Positions 28,493 through 40,464 of a stretch of DNA of 62,729 nt are shown piece after piece. This DNA comes from a bacterium HR30 (GTDB lineage Bacteria; Desulfobacterota; Binatia; HRBIN30). The stretch spans positions 1-62,729 of the forward strand of contig BEIG01000004.1 in the NCBI GenBank assembly GCA_002898795.1, written 5' to 3'. The position numbers were made by a program, and so were the translations under genes. The notes beneath the pieces were generated by a model. It was not told the origin of the DNA. It saw only the letters and a program-made list of their open reading frames with translations, and made no database searches. The stretch's first letter is position 1. The number at the start of each line of letters is the position of its first letter.

Positions 28493-28500
<8 letters not shown>
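27838..28500 (-). CDS. ctaE: Cytochrome c oxidase subunit III
   Basis: [41 protein letters not shown]. Confidence 0.93.
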
Positions 28501-30103
<1,603 letters not shown>

Positions 30104-30137
30104 CGTTTTAACCGCCTAACGGTGTGACTTTCGCCTC

Positions 30138-31124
30138 TCACTGTGTTTCGGTGCCTGCCTTACCGGTTTTGATATAGGCCAGGAGCTGCATCAGTTGCTC
30201 TTCGTTGACCAGCCCTTTGAAGGTCGGCATGATGGGCTGATAGCCTGCAACGATTTTCGCCTGCGGGTTCAAAATCGATTCCCGAATGTAATCTTCGTCG
30301 GCTACGACGGAGCTACCATCCTGCAGCGAAACCGTGTGGCCGAACAAATTCGCCAACGACGGACCGAGTGCACCAGCTTGCGCGCGGTGGCAACTGACGC
30401 ATCCGAGCTTTTTGAACAGCTCCGCCCCTGCACTCGCCATCGCGGCTTGCTGATCCTCGGGTTTGGCTGCGGGTACGGCAGCCACCGCGGTCGTTGCCGC
30501 TCCGCTGAGCCATGCCTGATATTCCATCGGCTCCATGACCACGATACGCCCAATCATCTTCGCGTGTTCCGTACCGCAATACTCCGCGCAAAACAGGTGA
30601 TAAGTGCCCGGCTTCGTGGCCTCGAACCACGCGGTCGTGTAACGGCCAGGAATGGCGTCTTGTTTGATGCGGAAGGCGGGAACGTAAAAGCTGTGAATCA
30701 CGTCTTCCGACGTCATCGTGAGTTTGATCGGCTGCCCGACAGGAACGTGGAGCTCGTTAATCTCCCGCTTGCCCTCGAGATGCTGAAGTTTCCACATCCA
30801 CTGCTTGCCCACGACGAACACTTCCATGGCGTTGGGCGGCGGAACGGCAAGTGCCAGGTAAACCTTTGCCCCCCAAAAAAACATGATCATCGCCAGGCCG
30901 AACGGAATAATCGTCCAGGCCAATTCGAGAGCCAGCGAGCCATGGATTGCGGGCGGCCGTTCGGCTTCGCTGCGGCGGCGGTACTTCACGGCGAAAACCA
31001 CCACCAACGCCGCGATGAGCACGGCGAAAAATCCGCTGACCGCTACCAAGAACAAGTACAACGCATCGACCTCACCGGCCATGGTCGATGCACGTTCCGG
31101 AAACAGAGCAAAGTTCGAAGCCAT
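30138..31124 (-). CDS. ctaC: Cytochrome c oxidase subunit II with fused cytochrome c
   Basis: DVIHSF, CAEYCGTEHAKM (CuA), CVSCH. Confidence 0.95.
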   Translation of the reverse strand: MASNFALFPERASTMAGEVDALYLFLVAVSGFFAVLIAALVVVFAVKYRRRSEAERPPAIHGSLALELAWTIIPFGLAMIMFFWGAKVYLALAVPPPNAMEVFVVGKQWMWKLQHLEGKREINELHVPVGQPIKLTMTSEDVIHSFYVPAFRIKQDAIPGRYTTAWFEATKPGTYHLFCAEYCGTEHAKMIGRIVVMEPMEYQAWLSGAATTAVAAVPAAKPEDQQAAMASAGAELFKKLGCVSCHRAQAGALGPSLANLFGHTVSLQDGSSVVADEDYIRESILNPQAKIVAGYQPIMPTFKGLVNEEQLMQLLAYIKTGKAGTETQ

Positions 31125-31150
31125 GCTTGATCGCTACTCCACGTTGAAAA

Positions 31151-32011
31151 TCAAGGCGCGGCCCCCGTTCGGGCCCATGAGTTGTGCGCCGCAGCCGCCG
31201 AATGGCGCTCGCGCCGTACCATCACGACAATGAAAGTGACCAGCGCTACCAGCGTGATGACTCCTCCGATTCGTATGGAGTTCAACGCAATGGCGCTGTA
31301 ACGGCCTGTGGCAGGGTCGTAGTGGAAACAATACAGCAACACCTTGTCCACGGGGGAACCGATTTTGCCGTCTGCTGCTTCGATCAGACCAAAACGCAAA
31401 TCTCGTGGTGAAAACTCTACGCCGTAAAAATACCGGGCAATCCTGCCCCCCGGTGTCAGCACCACCAACCCCGTTGCATGGGCATACTGCTGGTACTTTT
31501 CATCCCAGGCGTAACGAAAACCCACCGCTTCCGTGAGCGCGCGGATGGAAGCCTCGTCGCCCGTGAGAAAATGCCAGCCTGCCTCGGCGCCTGGCCGCCG
31601 GTACTCTTTCAGGTACGTTGCCTTTTTCGCTGCAGCCAGCTCGGCCGACTCCCGCGGATTGAACGACACGTTGATCGCCACGAATTCCTTCCCCAGGTCG
31701 AACCGCAAGGCCCGCAGGGCACTCACAAGCCCGTTCAGCACCAAGGTGCACAACATTGGGCATTCGTAATAGGACAGGGTTAAAATTACCGGCTTACCCT
31801 GAAAGTAGTCCCCGAGGCGAACCGGCTGACCCGTTTCGTCCCGAAACGTGAGCTCCAGGGGCACCTGGGTTCCCAGGCGCTGCTCGAAGTCCACCTGCTG
31901 GAGAAGCGGGACGGATTGTGTCCCCTCCCCGGTGGACGACGGCAAGCGCACCGCATTGGCGGCGCCGGCCATCAAGAGGCCGAGAAAAACCACCAGCGCG
32001 CGCGTTTTCAT
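31151..32011 (-). CDS. SCO1/SenC family protein
   Basis: YYECPMLC, WHFLTG, QYAH, LLYCFHYDP. Confidence 0.9.
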   Translation of the reverse strand: MKTRALVVFLGLLMAGAANAVRLPSSTGEGTQSVPLLQQVDFEQRLGTQVPLELTFRDETGQPVRLGDYFQGKPVILTLSYYECPMLCTLVLNGLVSALRALRFDLGKEFVAINVSFNPRESAELAAAKKATYLKEYRRPGAEAGWHFLTGDEASIRALTEAVGFRYAWDEKYQQYAHATGLVVLTPGGRIARYFYGVEFSPRDLRFGLIEAADGKIGSPVDKVLLYCFHYDPATGRYSAIALNSIRIGGVITLVALVTFIVVMVRRERHSAAAAHNSWARTGAAP

Positions 32012-32415
32012 GGCTGGCGCTCCTCCGGCCGCGCAGGCAGCCCTTTACTCGCCAAAATTTCTATGGCCCGATCGATTGGGATCCGTGCAATGCCGTTGGC
32101 CTTATCCACCCAGCCGTACTGGTGGAGTTGATCGTCCTCCCAAGCCCGTAGCTCCAGCAAATCCTTGATCGGGGCTGGTTGTAGCCGCGGGGCAGGAGGC
32201 TCCTTGGGGACCACACCCGCAAGGGGGTTGGGTGGCGGAGCGCTGCGTTGAACGTGCTGCTCCAGCAAAACAGTGAACACATAGAGCAGGGCAAAGATCG
32301 CCACCGTCACTACCGTGCCGAGCACCACGGTGATGACAATCGGGCGACTCGGGAGGTCGCGGGTTTCGTAACTCGCAGGGGTATGCCCAGGGTGATCGGT
32401 TACAGCACGGCTCAT
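32008..32415 (-). CDS. Small single-TM ACIII-associated protein (ActG-like)
   Basis: YETRD, one TM helix, PRLQ, YGWVD..IPIDRAI; 4-bp overlaps with both neighbours. Confidence 0.7.
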   Translation of the reverse strand: MSRAVTDHPGHTPASYETRDLPSRPIVITVVLGTVVTVAIFALLYVFTVLLEQHVQRSAPPPNPLAGVVPKEPPAPRLQPAPIKDLLELRAWEDDQLHQYGWVDKANGIARIPIDRAIEILASKGLPARPEERQP

Positions 32416-33605
32416 GCGTGACCTCCTGCTGCAGGTAGCGAGGGATCGTTCCACACGATCAAGGCGCGCCCCCGTAGCCCGCCCGTGAACGCCCAGAGCC
32501 ACACACCGCCGACGCCCAGCCACGCCGTTACGTCAAGCCAGTGCACCCGGGCATGGTGCGGGGAGAAGGCTGGCGTGATCAGCCAGTAAACCTCGAGAAC
32601 TCGCACGCACAGGATAAACAGGGCCACGGTCGCAATTAGCCGAGCGTTCCGCTTGATATCTCGCGACAGCAAAATAACGAACGGCAAAGCAAAGTGGAAC
32701 AGAATCAGGCACAAGCCCAAGTATTCCCACCCACCGCTCATGCGCTTCAAGTACCAAGGCGTCTCCTCCGGTAAATTGCCCGACCAGATGATGAGCAACT
32801 GCGAAAGCGAGAAATACGCCCACAGCATGACGAAGGCGAACATGAGCTTGCCCAGGTCGTGAAACTGCATCGGTTGCACCACGCCACTCAACGGGCCGTT
32901 CTTCGTAAGCAAAGCGGTAACTTGAATCATAAAGGCCATGGCGCTGAGCAAGCAGCCGCCCATAACCAACACGCCGTAGAGGGTAGAGTACCAGTGCGGC
33001 TCCAGAGACATTGCCCAATCGACCGCGGCAAAGGTAAACGTGAGCCCCAGCGCCACCAACCCGCCGCGACTTAAGTTTTCCAGCCAGCCGATCGCACGCG
33101 GCTCGCCGTTTTCCTGCGCTTCGGACCATCGAGACAGGAACACGGCCAGAAGGGTCCAGACCACAAAGTACAGTACTGCCCGACCAATGAAAAACGGCAC
33201 GTTCAAGTACACACTCTTGTGCTGCAACAGCGGATCGTGCGCCACCTTGGCAGCATCAGCCCACTCGTAAAGCGACTGCAGGCCGACCACCACGGGGATG
33301 AACAGCACAGCAAGCACCGGGATCGTGCGCACGGCCGATTCCAAGCTTCGGCGAATCACGGAACCCCAGGCACCGCCCGTTACGTGGTAAATCATCAGCA
33401 GTGCCAGCGAGCCCATGGCGATGCCAAACCAAAACAAGAAGCCGAACAAGTACGACTGGAAAAACTGGGTCGTATCGATCAGGGCACCGGCCAGCGACAC
33501 CGCAAGCCCGATGGCACCCGCGCCCAAAGCTAACGGGCGCACCCGAAACAAGGGGTGATCCGCTGGCAACATCAAGCGACTTCGATCGTCCATGGCACTA
33601 CTCAT
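32412..33605 (-). CDS. actF: Alternative complex III subunit F
   Basis: Polytopic membrane protein; DWAMSLEPHWYST, HDLGK, QLLIIWSGNLPEE. Confidence 0.88.
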   Translation of the reverse strand: MSSAMDDRSRLMLPADHPLFRVRPLALGAGAIGLAVSLAGALIDTTQFFQSYLFGFLFWFGIAMGSLALLMIYHVTGGAWGSVIRRSLESAVRTIPVLAVLFIPVVVGLQSLYEWADAAKVAHDPLLQHKSVYLNVPFFIGRAVLYFVVWTLLAVFLSRWSEAQENGEPRAIGWLENLSRGGLVALGLTFTFAAVDWAMSLEPHWYSTLYGVLVMGGCLLSAMAFMIQVTALLTKNGPLSGVVQPMQFHDLGKLMFAFVMLWAYFSLSQLLIIWSGNLPEETPWYLKRMSGGWEYLGLCLILFHFALPFVILLSRDIKRNARLIATVALFILCVRVLEVYWLITPAFSPHHARVHWLDVTAWLGVGGVWLWAFTGGLRGRALIVWNDPSLPAAGGHA

Positions 33606-34221
33606 GGGAACTACCTGCTTGCGGCTTGGTCTTTACTGCCGCTTGGTCCAGTTTTGGCCGGTCCTCCGGTGGAAGCTCTGCCGCTGGCACATGCTGACTC
33701 AGTTGCAAAGCACGAATGTAAGCCACGATTGCCCATCGGTCGCGCACGGGAATTTGTGCGGCGTAGTCCGGCATGACGCCGAAACCATTGCCAATGACGT
33801 GAAAGAAATAACCTGGGGGTTGCTGGCGTAAACGATCCTGGTGGAAAGACGGAGGCTGCTTGTATCCCCGTTGCACGATCATTCCCTGGCCTGTACCCAC
33901 GCGATCGTGACAAGGGGAGCAGAAAATGTTGTACCGTTCCTGCCCGCGCTCGAGCACAGCACGGGTCACGGGGAAAGGAAACTCCGGGCTAAAATTCTCG
34001 CCGATCTTGCCGGTGTACAACAACGCATCGTCATTCAAGTGGCCGCGGGCCACGGTGCCGGGCACCAAAGGCCGGACCGACCGTCCGTCGGCAAAAAAGT
34101 CACTGGGTCGAAAGCCCTTGTACTTCGGCTGGTCGTGCATGTCTTGCCGGCAGCCAGCTCCAAGCACAAGGGCAGCTAGCAATCCGAAGGCGGAAATCCA
34201 CTGAGTTTGCTTGGCCGTCAT
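33598..34221 (-). CDS. actE: ACIII monoheme cytochrome c lipoprotein subunit E
   Basis: Lipobox GAGC-RQDMHDQPK; CSPCH; DRWAIVAYIRALQ. Confidence 0.9.
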   Translation of the reverse strand: MTAKQTQWISAFGLLAALVLGAGCRQDMHDQPKYKGFRPSDFFADGRSVRPLVPGTVARGHLNDDALLYTGKIGENFSPEFPFPVTRAVLERGQERYNIFCSPCHDRVGTGQGMIVQRGYKQPPSFHQDRLRQQPPGYFFHVIGNGFGVMPDYAAQIPVRDRWAIVAYIRALQLSQHVPAAELPPEDRPKLDQAAVKTKPQAGSSHE

Positions 34222-34760
34222 TAGTCCGGCACCTCGGCAACAGAAACTGGAGACAACGACTCCAAGACACGCCGCGTTCCTTCGCGGTCGAAGAGCGGAT
34301 CGGTCGACTCGACACAAAGGAAAAACCGGTCGCGTGAGGCGAGAGCGAAACGAGGCACGTTGAACACCGGGTGGTAGGGCGCTGGCAACCCATTCAGCGC
34401 GAGCATGCCCAGCACCGCCGTGAGTGCGGCGAAAAGAACGGTGCACTCGAACGTAATGGGTACGAACGCGGGAACGCTAAACAGCGGTCGCCCTCCCACG
34501 TTGATGGGATAGTCGATCACCGAGGTCCAGTACTGCAGGCCAATGCCGAACAAGCACCCGGCCAGACCTCCACAAAATACGAGAAAAGACACCATGTTGC
34601 GGTGCACACCCAGCTCCTCCCAGACCTCCTCTACGGGGAATGGGGTAAATGCATCCATACGCCGGTACCCCATTTGCCGCAGCTTACGGATGGCCTCGAT
34701 CAAATGATTCACGTCGGCAAACTCCGCCATCAAGCCATAGACCGGAACGCGCGCGGTCAT
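34221..34760 (-). CDS. actD: ACIII subunit D (DUF3341)
   Basis: YGLMAEF, DAFTPFP, INVGGRP, FECTVLFA. Confidence 0.9.
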   Translation of the reverse strand: MTARVPVYGLMAEFADVNHLIEAIRKLRQMGYRRMDAFTPFPVEEVWEELGVHRNMVSFLVFCGGLAGCLFGIGLQYWTSVIDYPINVGGRPLFSVPAFVPITFECTVLFAALTAVLGMLALNGLPAPYHPVFNVPRFALASRDRFFLCVESTDPLFDREGTRRVLESLSPVSVAEVPD

Positions 34761-36121
34761 GCGTGCTTCTCCTTTACCTTGGCTTCAGGCAGCAGGGTGC
34801 GCATCTCGAAAATCGAGATCATGGGCAGCAGCCGGATGAACAAGAACAATAAGGTTAGGAACAAACCGATCGTGCCGATAAAGGTGCCGTAGTCGAAAAT
34901 CGTTCCGGCATACATGCCCCACGACGACGGCAAGAAATCGCGATGCAAGCTCACCACGATAATCACGTAGCGCTCGAGCCACATCCCGACGTTGATGGAC
35001 ATGGCAACTGCGAACAGCAGGGGAATGTTGGTCCGCACCCGCTGAAACCACAGCAACTGCGGAATGATCACGTTGGTTAAAATGAGGGCGGCGTACAAGG
35101 TCTTGTAGGGCCCGGTGAGGCGGTTCTTCACCATGAAGCTTTCGTAAGGGTTGCCACTGTACCAGGCCATAAAGATTTCCATCATGTACCCGTACGCCAC
35201 CACGAGGCCCGTGGCCAACATCACCCGCGCCATGTAGTTGATGTGACGCATCGTGATGAAGTCTTCGAGGCCATAGTAGCGGCGCAGCGGAATCGTCAGC
35301 GTAAGCACCATCGCAAACCCGGCATAAATCGCGCCCGCGACGAAGTACGGGGGGAAAATTGTCGCATGCCAACCCGGAATGATGCCGACGGCAAAGTCGA
35401 ACGACACCACACTGTGCACCGAAACCACCAGTGGCGTGGAGAGACCGGCAAGCAACAAGTACGCGGTTTCGTAGCGGTTCCAATGACGCGCCGAGCCACG
35501 CCACCCCATGGCCAGAATGCCGTAAATGATCCGACCAACCTTGCTGGTGGAGCGATCGCGCAGGGTCGCCAGGTCAGGAATGAGGCCGACGAACCAAAAC
35601 AGTGCGGAGACGGTGGCGTACGTGGACACGGCGAATACGTCCCACATCAGGGGGCTACGAAAGTTGGGCCACATGCCCATGGCGTTCGGATAGGGCAGGA
35701 GCCAGTAAAACAGCCACGGCCGGCCGAGGTGCAAAATGGGGTACAAGCCAGCACAGGCCACCGCAAACAGCGTCATGGCCTCGGCAAAGCGGTTGATCGA
35801 AGTGCGCCACGTCTGGCGGAACAGCAACAAAATGGCCGAAATCAGGGTGCCGGCGTGCCCAATCCCGATCCACCAAACAAAGTTGATGATGTCGAATCCC
35901 CAGCCAACCGGAATGTTGATGCCCCAAATTCCAATCCCGCGCACAAAGAGCACGGCCACGCATTGCAGGAAAATCGTCAGCAACACGAAGGAGATGCCGA
36001 AACCGAGCATCCACCCCTTGCGGGTTTCGGACAAAACTACAGCCGCGATCTTGTCGGTTACGGTTTCGAACGTATGGCCCGGGCCAATGATCGGGCCAAG
36101 ATCCCGTGCAGGCGCGCTCAT
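34757..36121 (-). CDS. actC: ACIII subunit C (NrfD/PsrC family)
   Basis: NFVWWIGIGHAGTLISA, INRFAEAMT, HLGRPW, SPLMWD. Confidence 0.93.
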   Translation of the reverse strand: MSAPARDLGPIIGPGHTFETVTDKIAAVVLSETRKGWMLGFGISFVLLTIFLQCVAVLFVRGIGIWGINIPVGWGFDIINFVWWIGIGHAGTLISAILLLFRQTWRTSINRFAEAMTLFAVACAGLYPILHLGRPWLFYWLLPYPNAMGMWPNFRSPLMWDVFAVSTYATVSALFWFVGLIPDLATLRDRSTSKVGRIIYGILAMGWRGSARHWNRYETAYLLLAGLSTPLVVSVHSVVSFDFAVGIIPGWHATIFPPYFVAGAIYAGFAMVLTLTIPLRRYYGLEDFITMRHINYMARVMLATGLVVAYGYMMEIFMAWYSGNPYESFMVKNRLTGPYKTLYAALILTNVIIPQLLWFQRVRTNIPLLFAVAMSINVGMWLERYVIIVVSLHRDFLPSSWGMYAGTIFDYGTFIGTIGLFLTLLFLFIRLLPMISIFEMRTLLPEAKVKEKHA

Positions 36122-39100
36122 GCGTGATCCTTTCCTGAAACGAGCTCGGGATTCGGGTTGCGCACCGCAGCCAGATACGTGGTGCGCGGGCGGGTGTTCA
36201 ACTCTTCGAGCAACTGGTACGTGCGCGGCAATTTCTGGAGTTTCGCAACGCGGCTGTCTGGGTCGTTTCGGTCGCCGAACACAATGGCCTCGGTGGGGCA
36301 AACTTGCTGGCAAGCAGTGAGAATTTCACCGTCGCGAATTTTCCGCCCCTCCCGCTTGGCTTGAATGCGCGCTGCGTTGATGCGCTGCACGCAGTACGTG
36401 CACTTTTCCATCACTCCCCGGCTGCGCACGCTCACGTCTGGGTTACGCAACAGCTTGAGGCTTTCCGTGTACCAGTCCTGGTACAGGTAAAAGTTAAACC
36501 GCCGCACCTTGTAGGGGCAGTTGTTCGCGCAGTACTTGGTGCCCACGCAGCGGTTGTACACCATGTCATTGAGCCCCTCGGCACTGTGCACCGTGGCGTT
36601 CACCGGGCAAACCAGTTCGCACGGCGCATTTTCACACTGCTGGCAGGGAATGGGCTGATGGACGAACTCGGGATGATCCAGGTCGCCTTCGTAGTACCGA
36701 TCCACCCGAATCCAGTGCATTTCCCTTCCACGGGCAACTTGATCCTTACCGACAACGGCAATGTTGTTTTCGGCCACGCAAGCAATGGTACACGCGCCAC
36801 AACCGATACAGGCGTTGAGGTCGATCGACATGGCCCACGCATAACCGGTGTACGGGAAGCCAGGATACATCGACGGCGCCTCCCCGTGCTCTCCACCGCC
36901 ATGGCCGTGCGGTGCCAAGGACGGGTTATGTCGGTACTCCTCCAACGTGCCCTTGCGCAGAATGTCTCGCCCTTCGAGGCTAAAGTGGTCTTGGGTGCAC
37001 GCCAAACGATAACGGCGGCCTGTTTTCCGTATCTCACCACCAGGCATGCCCCAGGGCGACCGCGACGAAGACAACTTGAACGCGTCCACCCCAATGCCAC
37101 CGCCCACGCGACCTGCCTTCGGCCGGCCGTAGCCCCAATGCAATAAAACCGTATCGGGTGCTTGCCCGGGCTGAATCCACACCGGCGCCTCGACCCGCCG
37201 ATCTTCGGCAACCACCTCGACTACGTCCCCGTTTTTCACCCCGAAACGCGCTGCCGTCACCGGGGCCAAGTACGCCACGTTGTCCCACGTGAGCTTGGTC
37301 AGTGGCTTGGGAAGCTCCTGCAACCAGCCGTTGTTCGCGTAACGTCCGTCATACACCGTGGGATCCGGCCGCAAGACGATCTCCAGGCCAGGTGGCGAAG
37401 CAACCAGTGGCCGCAGGGTCTGGAAAAAGTCCGGTCGAAGCGAAACCGCCCGTACCTCCGCAGCGCTTCCAGCCACGATACCATCGTGCAATGCGCGCCG
37501 CCAACGCTTCTCGAAATCCGCGTCGCCCCAAACGCTCTTCCAATACTGCTGAACCATCTCATAGCCCGTACGGCTTGGCTTGCTACTGAAGGTCGCCAGC
37601 ACCTCGAGCGCACTCTTGCCGTCGTAAAGCGGGGCAATGAGTGGCTGGATTAACGTGACTGTGCCATCGTGCGCCCGCACATCTCCCCACGATTCGAGCA
37701 CATGCGCCTCGGGAAGGTGCCAGTGGCAAAGCTGCGAGGTTTCATCTTCGTAAAGCCCGAGACGAATCCGCAAAGGCACCTTTTGTAACCGTTCCGCAAA
37801 GCGCAAGTCGGCTGGCGCGGTGTATACCGGGTTGCCGCCGAGGATGAGCAGCACCTCGACTTTCCCCGCATCCATGTCTGCCACCAGCGCTTGCAACGAC
37901 TCCCCTTGCAACTCGGGGTGTTGCGCCACGGGCTCGACGAAGGACACGGTTTTGCCAATGTTCGCCAGCGAGCTGTTGATCGCGTAAACAAGCGCGTGCA
38001 CGCTCGGCGGCAACGCTTCACCGGCCACAATCAAGCTGCGACCTCGGCTGCGGGCCAAATCTTTCGCCACCGCGGCAATGAACGCGCGGTGCGCCTCCAT
38101 GCTCGCCGGCGTTTGCACCGGCAAGCCCAGCGCCGCGGCTAACGCGCGCACAAAGGCCTCGCACTCACTCGGCCGCAAGATCAACCGGTGATCCGCCACC
38201 GACCCTGTGATGCTCGGCGTGGCTTCGACCACGTACAGCCGATTCATCTGGCTGCCGTTACCATCCTCCACGCGCCGCCGCCGCGAAAACTCCCGAGCAT
38301 AACGCACACCGGCCGGGTGAGGCCCCAGCAGGTCTGCCTCGACGCACAACACGACATCGGCCGCCTCGAGCCGGTAAACCGGATCCACCACTTCACCAAA
38401 GGCTGCCTTTGCACCTGCGTGCAAATGATCGCGGTTGACCGGCTCGTAATGATGCCAACGCGCTCCCGGCCACTCCGCAAGCAAGCGGCGGATTTCCGCT
38501 AGCAGCGTCGGCGAGGTTACGGTTTCCGTCAAAATCCGAAAACCTGCGCCCTTCTTCGCACCCAGCCGCTCGAACTCACGTTGCGCCGTATCGACAAACG
38601 CCGACCACGGACGAATGACGCCACCGAACCGAACCGCCTGAGATCGATCGGGGTCGTACAACGTCAAAATATCCGCTTGCGCAAAAATGTCTGTCGCGCC
38701 CAAGCTGGATGGGTGGTCCGGGTTGCCTTCTACTTTCGTCGGCCGACCCATGTGGCTTTCCACCAACACGCCCCGACCAAACCCACTCAACGGCAACGCC
38801 GTAGCAAAGTACAGCGGTTGGCCCGGAATCACCTCCTCCGGCGCCTTCACGTATGGGTAGATTTTTTCCACTGGCTGCTTCGTGCAAGCGCTCAAACCCG
38901 CGAGCCCCAGCGAGGCACCCATAAGCTGCAAGAACTGCCGCCGGCCCACTGCGTCGAGCACCGATGCCTGCCGAGGAAACTCCGCTTCCAGAAACGCCCG
39001 AAAGCCTTCACTTTCTGCTAGCTCGTCGAGGCTCCGCCAGTACTTGCGGCCCGTTGCCGCAGCAAGTTTCGCGCGCAACGCCTCAAGGTCGAACGATTGC

Positions 39101-39159
39101 GACTCCGACGGAAGCTCCCCTTCTGCGAGGTCTGGACGGTCTAAGCTCTGATCCTTCAT
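36118..39159 (-). CDS. actB: ACIII subunit B (molybdopterin-oxidoreductase-like plus Fe-S domain)
   Basis: YWRSLDEL, Tat motif RRQFL, GRPTKVEGNP, CIGCGAC, CQQCENAPC, CVGTKYCANNCP, EKCTYC. Confidence 0.93.
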   Translation of the reverse strand: MKDQSLDRPDLAEGELPSESQSFDLEALRAKLAAATGRKYWRSLDELAESEGFRAFLEAEFPRQASVLDAVGRRQFLQLMGASLGLAGLSACTKQPVEKIYPYVKAPEEVIPGQPLYFATALPLSGFGRGVLVESHMGRPTKVEGNPDHPSSLGATDIFAQADILTLYDPDRSQAVRFGGVIRPWSAFVDTAQREFERLGAKKGAGFRILTETVTSPTLLAEIRRLLAEWPGARWHHYEPVNRDHLHAGAKAAFGEVVDPVYRLEAADVVLCVEADLLGPHPAGVRYAREFSRRRRVEDGNGSQMNRLYVVEATPSITGSVADHRLILRPSECEAFVRALAAALGLPVQTPASMEAHRAFIAAVAKDLARSRGRSLIVAGEALPPSVHALVYAINSSLANIGKTVSFVEPVAQHPELQGESLQALVADMDAGKVEVLLILGGNPVYTAPADLRFAERLQKVPLRIRLGLYEDETSQLCHWHLPEAHVLESWGDVRAHDGTVTLIQPLIAPLYDGKSALEVLATFSSKPSRTGYEMVQQYWKSVWGDADFEKRWRRALHDGIVAGSAAEVRAVSLRPDFFQTLRPLVASPPGLEIVLRPDPTVYDGRYANNGWLQELPKPLTKLTWDNVAYLAPVTAARFGVKNGDVVEVVAEDRRVEAPVWIQPGQAPDTVLLHWGYGRPKAGRVGGGIGVDAFKLSSSRSPWGMPGGEIRKTGRRYRLACTQDHFSLEGRDILRKGTLEEYRHNPSLAPHGHGGGEHGEAPSMYPGFPYTGYAWAMSIDLNACIGCGACTIACVAENNIAVVGKDQVARGREMHWIRVDRYYEGDLDHPEFVHQPIPCQQCENAPCELVCPVNATVHSAEGLNDMVYNRCVGTKYCANNCPYKVRRFNFYLYQDWYTESLKLLRNPDVSVRSRGVMEKCTYCVQRINAARIQAKREGRKIRDGEILTACQQVCPTEAIVFGDRNDPDSRVAKLQKLPRTYQLLEELNTRPRTTYLAAVRNPNPELVSGKDHA

Positions 39160-39165
39160 TCTCGA

Positions 39166-39825
39166 TCACCGGTGACAGATGGAACAGTTCGTGAGCTGTT
39201 CTTTGTGAACGTCGTATTCCGCAACCAAGCGAGGCCCCAACGTCTCCTGCGTACGAGACGAGACTTTGTAAGCCATGTTGAAAACTTCCCCTTTCGGCCG
39301 CACAAACGTCTCTGGGTGGCGGTGGCAGTTGAGGCACCACTCCATTTGGAGCGAATTTTCCTGCCACGTGAGGTTCATCTGGTCAATCCGCCCGTGGCAA
39401 CTCGCACATCCAATACCCTTGGCCACGTGAATGCTGTGGTCGAAGTAAACAAAGTCCGGAAGGTCGTGCACCTTGATCCAAGGAATCGACTGGTCCGTGC
39501 GGAAACTGGCGCGCACCGGCTCGAGGGTCGGGCTATCCGCCCAAATCTGGGAATGGCAATTCATGCAAGTTTTCGTCGGCGGAATGCCAGCAACATGCGA
39601 AACCTCCACCGAGGTGTGACAGTACCGACAATCGATGCCCAGCTCGTTTGCGTGGTGCTTGTGGCTAAACGGTACGGGCTGCTCTATGGCCACGTGGGCA
39701 CCCGTGACGTACCCAGAACGGTTGAGGAGCATGGCCCCGTACCCGAGCACTCCAAGAATAAAGACGGCACCAAAAATCGTCGCGCGCGCTAGCGCGTTTG
39801 CACTGCGATGGAAGATCTGTGACAT
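39166..39825 (-). CDS. actA: ACIII pentaheme cytochrome c subunit A
   Basis: Five CxxCH motifs (CRYCH, CMNCH, CASCH, CLNCH, CSICH) after an N-terminal TM helix. Confidence 0.92.
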   Translation of the reverse strand: MSQIFHRSANALARATIFGAVFILGVLGYGAMLLNRSGYVTGAHVAIEQPVPFSHKHHANELGIDCRYCHTSVEVSHVAGIPPTKTCMNCHSQIWADSPTLEPVRASFRTDQSIPWIKVHDLPDFVYFDHSIHVAKGIGCASCHGRIDQMNLTWQENSLQMEWCLNCHRHPETFVRPKGEVFNMAYKVSSRTQETLGPRLVAEYDVHKEQLTNCSICHR

Positions 39826-40464
39826 GCGGCGGAGCCGCCTTTTAGTCAGAAGGCAGGTGTTCGCGCAATAAGAGGAGTTTGGAATTCCTCTAAAGCCACG
39901 GAAAGAATCCTTAATAAATCGTGTGGCCCAAACCCGGCGGAACCCCCTTTTGCGCTTTGGCAACTTCAGGCACGAGCTCTTCGCCACTTTTCATGCTGCG
40001 CTTGGCAGAAAGTTCAAAGTGCCGATACGTGCCGAGGGCACGTGCGGTAACAAGGGTGGCGTTCGAGGTTGGTCAGGTCGTTTTTCAGCGTTCTTGGGTG
40101 CGGCGCCTCAGCGTCCGCGGGCGTGACGAACGCGACGCAGGCTTGGGGGAAGGGGTTCTGCGCAACCGGCGATGGATTCGTTGCCACACATCCGAGTGGT
40201 TTCGCGTCCTTCGAGCCACAACAAGTGAGACCGTGACGAAATTTCGCGCCACGCAGAGCGCCTCAAGAAGAGTTGCAATCGGAAGTGATGTCGGCTCGGC
40301 AGAGGAGAGGTTGCAGCAGTGCAGCGGCGCTGGACCCACCAACCAAAGCGAGGCACGCCTCAGCGCGTACCGGTACGCCTCCGAACAACCGCGAGCACAA
40401 ATTCTGCTTTACTTGCTGACAAGCCCGTTCTAAAGGCCAAGCGTGGATTTGGAGCTGGGGCTGC

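Noticed and set aside
39826-40464. ncRNA, riboswitch or FNR/CRP site in the long divergent intergenic region
   Set aside because: Only weak partial matches (e.g. GTGACGAAATTTCGC); no convincing consensus or structure.
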